Source of the DNA: an uncultured Eubacteriales bacterium
Lineage (GTDB): Bacteria; Bacillota; Clostridia; Christensenellales; Aristaeellaceae
Assembly: GCA_902789795.1 (NCBI GenBank)
Contig: CADAPM010000019.1
Location: 803-64,802, forward strand
Direction of reading: 5' to 3'
Length of the DNA: 64,000 bases
Shown: positions 17,565 to 26,870 of the stretch, one piece after another
Position numbering within the stretch: the stretch's first letter is position 1
How the letters are laid out: the number at the start of each line of letters is the position of its first letter
The notes under the pieces: generated by a model
Database searches by the model: none
The model's input: only the letters and a program-made list of their open reading frames with translations
Told to the model about the DNA's origin: nothing
Position numbers and translations under genes: made by a program

Positions 17565-19207
17565 GGCTGTACCTCGATCTCGTTTTGTTGCGCGACGACG
17601 CTCTCGCCGCAGTAGATCTCGCGGAGTTTGGGCTTTTCGATCTTGCCGGTGGCGTTGCGCGGCACGTGGGCGAAGATGATCCTGCGCGGGCGCTTGTAGC
17701 GCGGGAGGCCGGCGCAGAAGTCATTGATCTCCTCCTCGGTGGCGGTCATGCCTTCCTTGATCTCAATGATGGCGGCAGCGATCTCGCCCAGGCGCGGGTC
17801 GGGCAGGCCGATCACCGCCACGTCCTTCACCTTGCCGTGGGCGCGGATGAAGTCCTCGATCTGCACCGGGTACAGGTTCTCGCCGCCGGTAATGATGACG
17901 TCCTTCTTGCGGTCCACCAGGTAAATGAAGCCGTCCGGGTCCTGCATGGCCATATCGCCGGTATAGAGCCAGCCGTCCTTCAATACCTCGTTGGTGGCCT
18001 GCTCGTCCTTATAGTAGCAGGTCATGACGCCGGGGCCCTTCACGCAGAGCTCGCCCACGCTGCCCTGCTCCACGGGCACGCCCTGGGGGGTCACGATCTT
18101 CACCTCCCAGCCGTAGCCGGGAATGCCGATGGCGCCGACCTTGTGCGTGTTCTCCACGCCCAGGTGCACGCAGCCCGGGCCGATGGACTCGGACAGGCCG
18201 TAGTTGGTATCGTACTGATGGTGGGGGAACACGCTGAGCCAGCGCTTGATCAGGGACGGCGGCACCGGCTGCGCGCCGATGTGCATCAGCCGCCACTGGC
18301 TGAGCTGGTAGTCCTCAAGCTTTACGTCGCCGCGTTCGATGGCGTCCAGAATGTCCTGGGCCCAGGGCACCAGCAGCCACACGATGGTGCAGCGCTCGTC
18401 GCTGACGGCCTTCAGCACCCATTCGGGGCGGGTGCCCTTCAAAAGCACGGCCTTGCCGCCCATCAGGAAGCTGCCGAACCAGTGCATCTTGGCTCCTGTA
18501 TGATACAGCGGCGGGATGCACAGGAACACGTCGTCATGGGTCTGGCCGTGGTGCTTCTGCTCGACGACGGCGGCATGCATGAGCGAGCGGTGCTTATGCA
18601 GGATGGCCTTGGGGAAGCCGGTGGTGCCGGAGGAGTAGTAGACCGCGCCGTAATCGTCGTCGGTGATGGGGATCTTCGGGTCGTCGGTGGAGCAGAAGCC
18701 GATCATCTCGTTGAAGCTGTCGGCGAAGGTCGGGCAGTCCTCGCCCACGTAGAAGAGGTGGCGCACCTTGGGAATGCGGTCGCAGATCTCCTCCATGCGG
18801 CCGATGAACTCCGGCCCGAACACGAGCATGGTGCAGTCGGCCTTTTCCAGGCAGTAGCGGATCTCCTCCGCCGTATAGCGGTAGTTGAGGGGCACGGCCA
18901 CCGCGCCGGCGCGCAGAATGCCGAAGTAGGCGGGCAGCCATTCCAGCGAGTTCATCATCAGGATGGCCACCTTATCGCCCTTGTGGCAGCCGCGGGTCAG
19001 CAGCAGGTTGGCAAAGCGGTTCGCCTTCCGGTCGAAGTCCTTCCAGGTCATCTCCCGGCGGAAGGGCTGGCCCGGCTCAGGCTGCATCAGCGAATACTCG
19101 CGCCAGGTGATGCGGCTTTCCGGCTCGAAATGGGGGTTGATCTCGACCAGAGCGGTCTCCTGCCCGTAAAGCTCCGCATTGCGGCGCAGGATCTCAGTGA
19201 TTGGCAT
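17561..19207 (-). CDS. AMP-forming acyl-CoA synthetase/ligase (class I adenylate-forming enzyme)
   Basis: YYSSGTTGFPKAILHKH, YGLSE, and YTGDMA...DRKKDVIITGGENLYP. The start was set at ATG 19207 (SD AGGAGG). There is a 4-nt overlap with iorA. Confidence 0.85.
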   Translation of the reverse strand: MPITEILRRNAELYGQETALVEINPHFEPESRITWREYSLMQPEPGQPFRREMTWKDFDRKANRFANLLLTRGCHKGDKVAILMMNSLEWLPAYFGILRAGAVAVPLNYRYTAEEIRYCLEKADCTMLVFGPEFIGRMEEICDRIPKVRHLFYVGEDCPTFADSFNEMIGFCSTDDPKIPITDDDYGAVYYSSGTTGFPKAILHKHRSLMHAAVVEQKHHGQTHDDVFLCIPPLYHTGAKMHWFGSFLMGGKAVLLKGTRPEWVLKAVSDERCTIVWLLVPWAQDILDAIERGDVKLEDYQLSQWRLMHIGAQPVPPSLIKRWLSVFPHHQYDTNYGLSESIGPGCVHLGVENTHKVGAIGIPGYGWEVKIVTPQGVPVEQGSVGELCVKGPGVMTCYYKDEQATNEVLKDGWLYTGDMAMQDPDGFIYLVDRKKDVIITGGENLYPVQIEDFIRAHGKVKDVAVIGLPDPRLGEIAAAIIEIKEGMTATEEEINDFCAGLPRYKRPRRIIFAHVPRNATGKIEKPKLREIYCGESVVAQQNEIEVQP

Positions 19208-19243
19208 AGTGCTTGGACCTCCTTTTTCCTGTTGGAGAGCAAA

Positions 19244-19497
19244 TAAAAAAGCCCTCCGCAAATCGAAGAGGACGATAAGATCATTACCGCGGTACCACCT
19301 CTATTGCCGCCGGAGACCTCCGGACGGCCGCTCGCGTGCGCGTTGACGGGCGCACCCGGCGCAGCCTACACAGGATTCATCCCTTCGGTGCGCGACTCGC
19401 GGGCTGTATTCGGCCGGAACGCCCCTCCTGCCTTGCACCACCCGGCAGGTCTCTAAAAAGCGCGTCATCCGCCTACTTGTTCCCGGTCATTGTCTTT
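19244..19497 (-). promoter_or_regulatory. T-box riboswitch leader, apparent Tyr (UAC) specifier
   Basis: Minus-strand RNA elements seen:
- K-turn gacaAUGAc/cGAguc.
- AGUA box.
- AGAGA bulge.
- Distal hairpin CCUGCC-GGGUGGUGCAA-GGCAGG.
- Specifier loop GAA-UAC-A (UAC = 19406-19408).
- Stem III CCGGAG-GU-CUCCGG.
- T-box AAUAGAGGUGGUACCGCGG.
- Terminator GUCCUCU-N9-GGAGGGC followed by U6. Confidence 0.8.
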
Positions 19498-19504
19498 CAC
19501 GGGC

Positions 19505-19532
19505 ATTATACCACATTTTCCCGGTGCGTCAA
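19505..19532 (-). promoter_or_regulatory. sigma-A-type promoter for the T-box leader
   Basis: On the minus strand: TTGACG, a 16-nt spacer, then TG-n-TATAAT. It ends ~7 nt before the leader. Confidence 0.65.
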
Positions 19533-19571
19533 GACGGGCGGTTGTGCTTTCAATGTATATGTGGGATTAGC

Positions 19572-19607
19572 GGGGGAGGGGCTTTTCTGGAGAAAAGCCC
19601 CTCCCCC
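19572..19607. repeat. perfect 15-bp inverted repeat with polypurine arm (terminator-like, no U-tract)
   Basis: GGGGGAGGGGCTTTT-CTGGAG-AAAAGCCCCTCCCCC, located downstream of the thioesterase gene. Confidence 0.7.
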
Positions 19608-19629
19608 GCACCCCCCTCCGCAAAAGACT

Positions 19630-20043
19630 TTACTTTTTGGGGAGAACTTGGTCCAGCGATTCGCAGAATTCCGGGAGCTGGCGCTTGAGGCGCACGAAGG
19701 CGCCTTCCTTGTTCAGAAACACGTGCTCGGAGCGGGCGGTGCAGACGGTGGTGCCTTCGGCGTTCTTCATCTCGTAGGCGAGGGCCAGCACCACGCCGTT
19801 GAAGAACTCGGCGGTGACGGTGATGGTGATCTCATCGCCGAAGGTGGAGGTGTGGCGGTAGTCGCACTGCACGGATTTGACGGGGGAATAGACCTGGGCG
19901 GCCTCCATCCGGGTATAGGGGAAGCCCAGCTGGTCCATGAAGTCGATGCGGGCCTCCTCCATCCAGCGGATATAGTTGGAATGGTGGGTCAGGCCCATCA
20001 TGTCCGTTTCGTAGTACTGCACCTTATGGGTATAGGGGGTCAT
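19630..20043 (-). CDS. acyl-CoA thioesterase, hotdog fold (YbgC/4HBT-like)
   Basis: 137 aa with YYETDMMGLTHHSNYIRWMEEAR. There is a 4-nt overlap with the upstream phosphatase gene. Confidence 0.75.
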   Translation of the reverse strand: MTPYTHKVQYYETDMMGLTHHSNYIRWMEEARIDFMDQLGFPYTRMEAAQVYSPVKSVQCDYRHTSTFGDEITITVTAEFFNGVVLALAYEMKNAEGTTVCTARSEHVFLNKEGAFVRLKRQLPEFCESLDQVLPKK

Positions 20044-21815
20044 TGCTGCTCCTCCCTTTGGGAACCAAGGTATTTCAGGCAGAGCATCGTCAGGTCGTCG
20101 AACTGCTCCGCGTTCTTGACGAACACGTCCACGTCCTGGCGCACGTTCTTCATCAGCTGCTCGGGCCCGGCCTGGGGCTCCCGGTTCAGGGCCTCCACCA
20201 GGCGGCGCATGCCGAAGAGCTGGTGCTGGGGATCCGTGGCCTCCGGCACGCCGTCCGTATACAGGAACAGGGTCGAGCCGGGCTCGAGCTGGAGCTCATA
20301 GTTGTCGTAGCTCATGCCCGCCAGGCCGCCCAGCACGAAGCCGTGGGGATCCTGCATGATCTCGAAATGGCCGTCGGGCTGCTTGATGATGGGGAACTCG
20401 TGGCCGGCGTCGACCGCGGTCAGCTTGCCGGTGGAGATCTCAAGGATGCCGAGCCAGACGCTCACGAACATCTCCTCGGGGTTCTTGGAGCAGATCTGGT
20501 CGTTGACGCGGGCCAGCGCCCGGGCGGGATCGTGCTCATTCTTCACCGCGTTGCGGATCAGCAGCATGGACACCATCATGAACAGGGCGGCGGGCACGCC
20601 TTTGCCGGACACGTCGGCGATCAAAAGCGCCAGGTGGTCGTCATCGATCATGAAGAAATCATAGAAGTCGCCGCCCACCTCCCGGGCCGGGTCCATACTG
20701 GCGAACAGCTCGAACTCGTGACGGTCGGGGAAAGGCGGGAAGGTGCTGGGCAGGGCGCCGGCCTGGATGCGGGACGCGAGGTTCAGCTCAGTGCTCATGC
20801 GCTCCTTCTCTGAGGTGATGCTCTCGATGCGCAGCACATAGTCGTCGATGGACCGGGCCAGGCTGACCACGTCCTCGGACAGCTGGCCGATCTCGTTGCG
20901 GGAGCTGACGCGCTGGACGTCCCGGCTGTTCTTGGTGCGCTTGTACAGGCGGATGTTCTGCTGCACCTTTTTGAGCGGGCGCAGGATGAAGTGGGACAGC
21001 AGCAGCAGCGCGATGGAGAGCAGGGCCAGCAGGGAGACGAGGGACAGGAGCGTCCCGCGCTGGGTCTGCCGGAGAACCGTGTTCCTGAGGCCGCTCAAGT
21101 CGTAGGTCATGCCGATGAAAATGTCATGCCCGTCCACCATCCCGAAGGAGGCGTAGTAGTCCACATAGCTCCCGGCGTTCGCCAGGTGGGAGGAATGCTC
21201 CGCAGCGCTGTCCATGGCCAGGCGCAGGCTGTCGGTCACCTCCACGGTCTTGCCCAGCAGGTATACGTCCTTATAGTTCGGGCCGCGCACCGCGCCTTCC
21301 TCCGCGGCGCTCAGCAGGAAGAACTGCCGGTCGTGCGGCGGGTCGGACAGCACGCAGAACAGGTAATCCACGTCATAGCTGCGCTTGATCTCGTTGATGC
21401 GGGTGGTCACCCAGGAGTACACGATCTCGGCGTACAGCTTCTGATCCTCCGGGGGCAGCGCTTCGATGGCCTTCGTGTCCTCGTACTCGATCAAAAGGTC
21501 CGGGTGGTGTTCGTGCAGGGTCATGTATTTCTGCTCGGTGCGGGTGCCGTGGGCGTAGGTCGCGTCATATTCTATATCCAGATTGTCCGCGTTCTCGTAC
21601 CAGTATTTCATCAGCCAGCTGTATGTGGGGTATTCGCGGATGGCCAGGGTCATTTCCAGTGCGATCCGCTCGCCCAGGCTCTCCGTCTGCTGCTGGATGG
21701 TCTCGTTGGTGGTATAGAACTGGAAAGCGTAGCTGATCGCGCTGCTGATGAGCATGCTGATGATGAACAGCACCGCGACCTGCAGAATGATGCCGATCTG
21801 TTTGCGCTCCTTCAC
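20040..21815 (-). CDS. membrane sensor PP2C-type (SpoIIE-family) protein phosphatase with HAMP linker
   Basis: Two TM segments flank an extracytoplasmic domain, followed by a HAMP-like region. PP2C motifs are GGDFYDF and ADVSGKGVPAALFM...TDGV...DDLTML. The start is GTG, with SD GGAAGGAGG. Confidence 0.8.
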   Translation of the reverse strand: MKERKQIGIILQVAVLFIISMLISSAISYAFQFYTTNETIQQQTESLGERIALEMTLAIREYPTYSWLMKYWYENADNLDIEYDATYAHGTRTEQKYMTLHEHHPDLLIEYEDTKAIEALPPEDQKLYAEIVYSWVTTRINEIKRSYDVDYLFCVLSDPPHDRQFFLLSAAEEGAVRGPNYKDVYLLGKTVEVTDSLRLAMDSAAEHSSHLANAGSYVDYYASFGMVDGHDIFIGMTYDLSGLRNTVLRQTQRGTLLSLVSLLALLSIALLLLSHFILRPLKKVQQNIRLYKRTKNSRDVQRVSSRNEIGQLSEDVVSLARSIDDYVLRIESITSEKERMSTELNLASRIQAGALPSTFPPFPDRHEFELFASMDPAREVGGDFYDFFMIDDDHLALLIADVSGKGVPAALFMMVSMLLIRNAVKNEHDPARALARVNDQICSKNPEEMFVSVWLGILEISTGKLTAVDAGHEFPIIKQPDGHFEIMQDPHGFVLGGLAGMSYDNYELQLEPGSTLFLYTDGVPEATDPQHQLFGMRRLVEALNREPQAGPEQLMKNVRQDVDVFVKNAEQFDDLTMLCLKYLGSQREEQQ

Positions 21816-22016
21816 GGGCAGCTGCCTCCTTCCCGTACGGATGGTTCTCTTAGCATTTTAACACAGGAAATCCAAAAACACCAGTAGTTTTGAGAGGCTT
21901 TCGCTGCCGCGCCCGGCGCTCACCAGGCATGTGCGCCGGGGCGGAAGCGATCGCGGATCGCTACGCCGCAGCGGGATCGGAAGGAGCCTGAAACAGAACG
22001 GCGCTGAGCGTGCTCT

Positions 22017-22053
22017 CCCGCCCGTAAAATAACGCCCGGCGGGACATTTTTTT
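22017..22053 (+). terminator. orphan intrinsic terminator upstream of the gyrB promoter
   Basis: Stem CCCGCC/GGCGGG followed by ACATTTTTTT. No annotated plus-strand gene lies upstream. Confidence 0.45.
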
Positions 22054-22075
22054 GCGCGAAAACGATGCCAAAAGC

Positions 22076-24171
<2,096 letters not shown>

Positions 24172-24228
24172 GGTAGGTAGGAGGTAGGAGTGAGGAGTGA
24201 GGAGTTCAGGAAGAAACTCCTCGCCTCT
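24172..24228 (+). repeat. polypurine SD-like repeat array (copy E1) forming a hairpin directly after the gyrB stop
   Basis: GGTAGGTAGGAGGTAGGAGTGAGGAGTGAGGAGTT pairs with AACTCCTCGCCTC. The core GTAGGAGGTAGGAGTGAGGA closely matches 40331-40352. Confidence 0.65.
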
Positions 24229-24264
24229 GGCTCGGAGTTTCCTCGATTGCAACGAGGCATGCCT

Positions 24265-24936
24265 ATGAAGCGTTCACTTGCATTGTTATTGGTCGTATGT
24301 CTGCTGCTGCCCTGCGCGGCGCTGGCCGAGCTGAGCGAGGACGTGAAAACGCTGATGGTTGAGACGACGGAAGAGCTGACGGCGGTCATGCTGGAAAAGG
24401 GACGGTCGGCGGCCTATCTGAAGTGGTTTGGCGTGGACGGCGCGGACCCTGCGCTGCAGTCCCGCAACAATGAGATCGTCTCGTCGGACTGGAACGCCGT
24501 TTCGGGAGGGACGATCTATGTCCTGAAGGAAGGCGCGGTGGACGCGATACTTTCCGTGTGGGACATGCGCCTGAATGACTTCCCGCCCGTGGTCGTCGAC
24601 GCCGCCCGGAAAGAAGCGGCAAGTATGCTCGCCGACATCGTCATCAACCATTACTGTGTCAGTTTTCAGGACGAGCGCTTGATGGATGCGGCCAAGGTGA
24701 TGATCTCCGAGACCGCCCTGGCAGTCGATGAGGCGTTTCCGGAGCTGAGCATCGCGCTGCTTCACTCCGCGCATGACTACGACACGATCTGCACCTTCAT
24801 CCGGACGGGGGATGCCGCCTTTGCCGTTGCGATGCCCATTCCCACGGGCCGCGAAGAGATCCTGAAGCAGGCGATGGGCAAAAGCTTTTTGACGCTCAAC
24901 ACCAGCCGGCTGTATGAAGAATACGTTGTCGAGTGA
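24265..24936 (+). CDS. secreted hypothetical protein, paralog 1
   Basis: Signal peptide MKRSLALLLVVCLLLPCAALA/ELSED. It shares blocks with the next gene (GTIYVLKEGAVDAILS..LNDFP versus GTVFVLRDGAVDAYLS..LEDFP). Confidence 0.65.
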   Translation: MKRSLALLLVVCLLLPCAALAELSEDVKTLMVETTEELTAVMLEKGRSAAYLKWFGVDGADPALQSRNNEIVSSDWNAVSGGTIYVLKEGAVDAILSVWDMRLNDFPPVVVDAARKEAASMLADIVINHYCVSFQDERLMDAAKVMISETALAVDEAFPELSIALLHSAHDYDTICTFIRTGDAAFAVAMPIPTGREEILKQAMGKSFLTLNTSRLYEEYVVE

Positions 24937-24945
24937 GGACGAACG

Positions 24946-25602
24946 ATGATGAGAAAACGCCTGATTCTCCTGATCGCGGGGCTGATTCTGGCGCTGTGCC
25001 TCCCGGCGTCGGCCGAGCTGGATCCCGAGGCTCAAGCGCTCCTGCTCCAAAGGACGCGTGCCCTGACCGCGCTGATGGCCGAGTCCGCAGGCAATGAGAA
25101 TTATCTCAAGCTGTACCTGGGGCCGGGGAACGACGACGTGGCGGACACGGTCCGCAGGATCGGCGCTTCGGGCTGGGAGAAGCCGGAGGAGGGCACGGTC
25201 TTCGTGCTGCGCGATGGCGCGGTGGACGCCTATCTCTCCGCCTCGCGGCTGTCGCTTGAGGATTTCCCGGAGAGCCTGCGGGAGCGCGTCCGTCAGGCGG
25301 TCGTGGGCTCCATGCCCCAGGCGGTGGTCAATCAGGCCGGCATTGATCTGATGAGAGCGGTGTCCGTACTGCGGACCGGCGAGGTCTTTCTGGCCGATAA
25401 CGATTTCCCCGGCGGCGCGATCGTGTACCTGCGCTGCAATCCGGACTACGCCGTCCTTTGCTCCTTTGTGAAAAATGCCGACAACATCGTATCCGCCAGT
25501 CTGGTGCCCGCCCCGGCGAACTGCCTGGACAAGCTCAGGCAGATGCTGAAGGTGTTCGGACAAAACACAGCCTTGTTTGAAGAGTATCCGTTGGTCAAAT
25601 GA
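24946..25602 (+). CDS. secreted hypothetical protein, paralog 2
   Basis: Signal peptide MMRKRLILLIAGLILALCLPASA/ELD. It is clearly homologous to 24265-24936. Confidence 0.65.
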   Translation: MMRKRLILLIAGLILALCLPASAELDPEAQALLLQRTRALTALMAESAGNENYLKLYLGPGNDDVADTVRRIGASGWEKPEEGTVFVLRDGAVDAYLSASRLSLEDFPESLRERVRQAVVGSMPQAVVNQAGIDLMRAVSVLRTGEVFLADNDFPGGAIVYLRCNPDYAVLCSFVKNADNIVSASLVPAPANCLDKLRQMLKVFGQNTALFEEYPLVK

Positions 25603-25682
25603 AAACGGCCCGAATGATGCCATGAAAGGGGGCGGCGGCAACGGAACACAGAAGAACGAACGCGTGGCGGCAGTATACCGTC

Positions 25683-26750
25683 ATGCACCTGGACCGACGG
25701 GTCGCCTCCATTCGCAGCGATGGGACCTGCACGGTGTATGCGCCTAACTTCATGCCCTGGAACCTGTATCTGGAACAGGCGGCGGACATGGACGCGCGGG
25801 TGAATAACCTGAATAATTTCTATTACTGGTGCGCCTCCCGGGTGCTGACGCTGGACCGGAAATACGCCAAGGAGATCCTGAACAGCATCGGGATGAAGCA
25901 GGCGGCGACGGACCGCGAGCGGGCAGAGATCGCCCTCAGCTACCATTGCGTCACCCTGACGGACGTCTACTGGGCGAGGGGATACCGGGAGAAGCTCAGT
26001 TACGGCGAGATCAGCCTCTATGACCATTCCCTGTCCGACGCCTTCGTGGATGTGAGCCTGCGCGGCAGGGCGCTGACCGCGCAGAACGCCGAGCTGCTGC
26101 CCGTCCGGGATGCCGCCGGCGACATATCGACCCAGGGCGCGGCCCCCAAAGCCTGGATTCGCCGGGAAGGGCAGTTTCTGCTGCTCAAGGACGGAGATGC
26201 CGGGCACGTGGAGGCGGAGCTGACCGCCAGCCGGGTCGCGCGGTGCTTCGATGTGCCGCAGGTGCTGTACGAGCCTTGGGAGTATGAGGGCCAGCAAGTC
26301 AGCGTGAGCCGCCTGATGACCTCCCGGGAGCGCAGCATTGTCCCGATGGAGCACGCGGAGATCTGGGCCGCGAACCATGGGACGGATATCTACAGCTTGG
26401 CGCGCAGGATCGACCTGCGCGGCTACTGCATGATGAACATCATTGACTACCTGGTGGGCAATACAGACCGGCACTGGGGCAACTGGGGTTTCCTGATGGA
26501 TAACCGCACGAATGAGCCGATCTCCCTGTTCCCGCTGATGGATTTCAACCAGGCCTTCCAAAGCTATGACACACTTGAAGGCGCTCGGTGCCTGACCACC
26601 CCCGGCAGCATGAGCCAGCTGGACGCCGCCCGGAACGCCGTCCGCCAGATCGGCCTGAACCAAACGGCCGAGATCCGGCGCGAATGGTTCCCAGACCCCG
26701 CCCGATGGACGATGCTCCAAGACCGACTAAATGTATTGCGCACCCAATAA
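25683..26750 (+). CDS. HipA-like serine/threonine kinase domain protein
   Basis: The C-terminal catalytic-loop pattern DYLVGNTDRHWGNWGF and the following PLMDFNQAF match the HipA_C signature. Neither a HipB-like HTH gene nor a HipA N-terminal domain is evident. Confidence 0.6.
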   Translation: MHLDRRVASIRSDGTCTVYAPNFMPWNLYLEQAADMDARVNNLNNFYYWCASRVLTLDRKYAKEILNSIGMKQAATDRERAEIALSYHCVTLTDVYWARGYREKLSYGEISLYDHSLSDAFVDVSLRGRALTAQNAELLPVRDAAGDISTQGAAPKAWIRREGQFLLLKDGDAGHVEAELTASRVARCFDVPQVLYEPWEYEGQQVSVSRLMTSRERSIVPMEHAEIWAANHGTDIYSLARRIDLRGYCMMNIIDYLVGNTDRHWGNWGFLMDNRTNEPISLFPLMDFNQAFQSYDTLEGARCLTTPGSMSQLDAARNAVRQIGLNQTAEIRREWFPDPARWTMLQDRLNVLRTQ

Positions 26751-26793
26751 ACCCACCCCAAAAAGTAAAAGTCTTCTGAAAGAGGAGAGGGTG

Positions 26794-26841
26794 CAGGGAG
26801 AGGAGGAAGCTCTTCTCCAGAAGAGTTTCCTCCTCTCCCTG
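26794..26841. repeat. perfect 15-bp inverted repeat with polypurine arm and nested inner hairpin
   Basis: CAGGGAGAGGAGGAA-[GCTCTTCTCCAGAAGAGT]-TTCCTCCTCTCCCTG, located between the HipA-like gene and gyrA. Confidence 0.7.
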
Positions 26842-26870
26842 CTAAAACCCCCACATGAAAGGAAAAAACT

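Noticed and set aside
15750-19246. Two long plus-strand ORFs (621 and 563 aa) opposite iorA and the acyl-CoA ligase
   Set aside because: They have no motifs and an extreme Ala/Gly/His/Arg/Val bias. The minus-strand genes have textbook TPP, Fe-S and AMP-binding motifs.
24286-26720. 451-aa and 424-aa minus-strand ORFs across the gyrB-gyrA insert
   Set aside because: Their composition is Arg/Gly/Gln/His-rich with no start context. The plus-strand ORFs have signal peptides, paralogy and a HipA-like motif.
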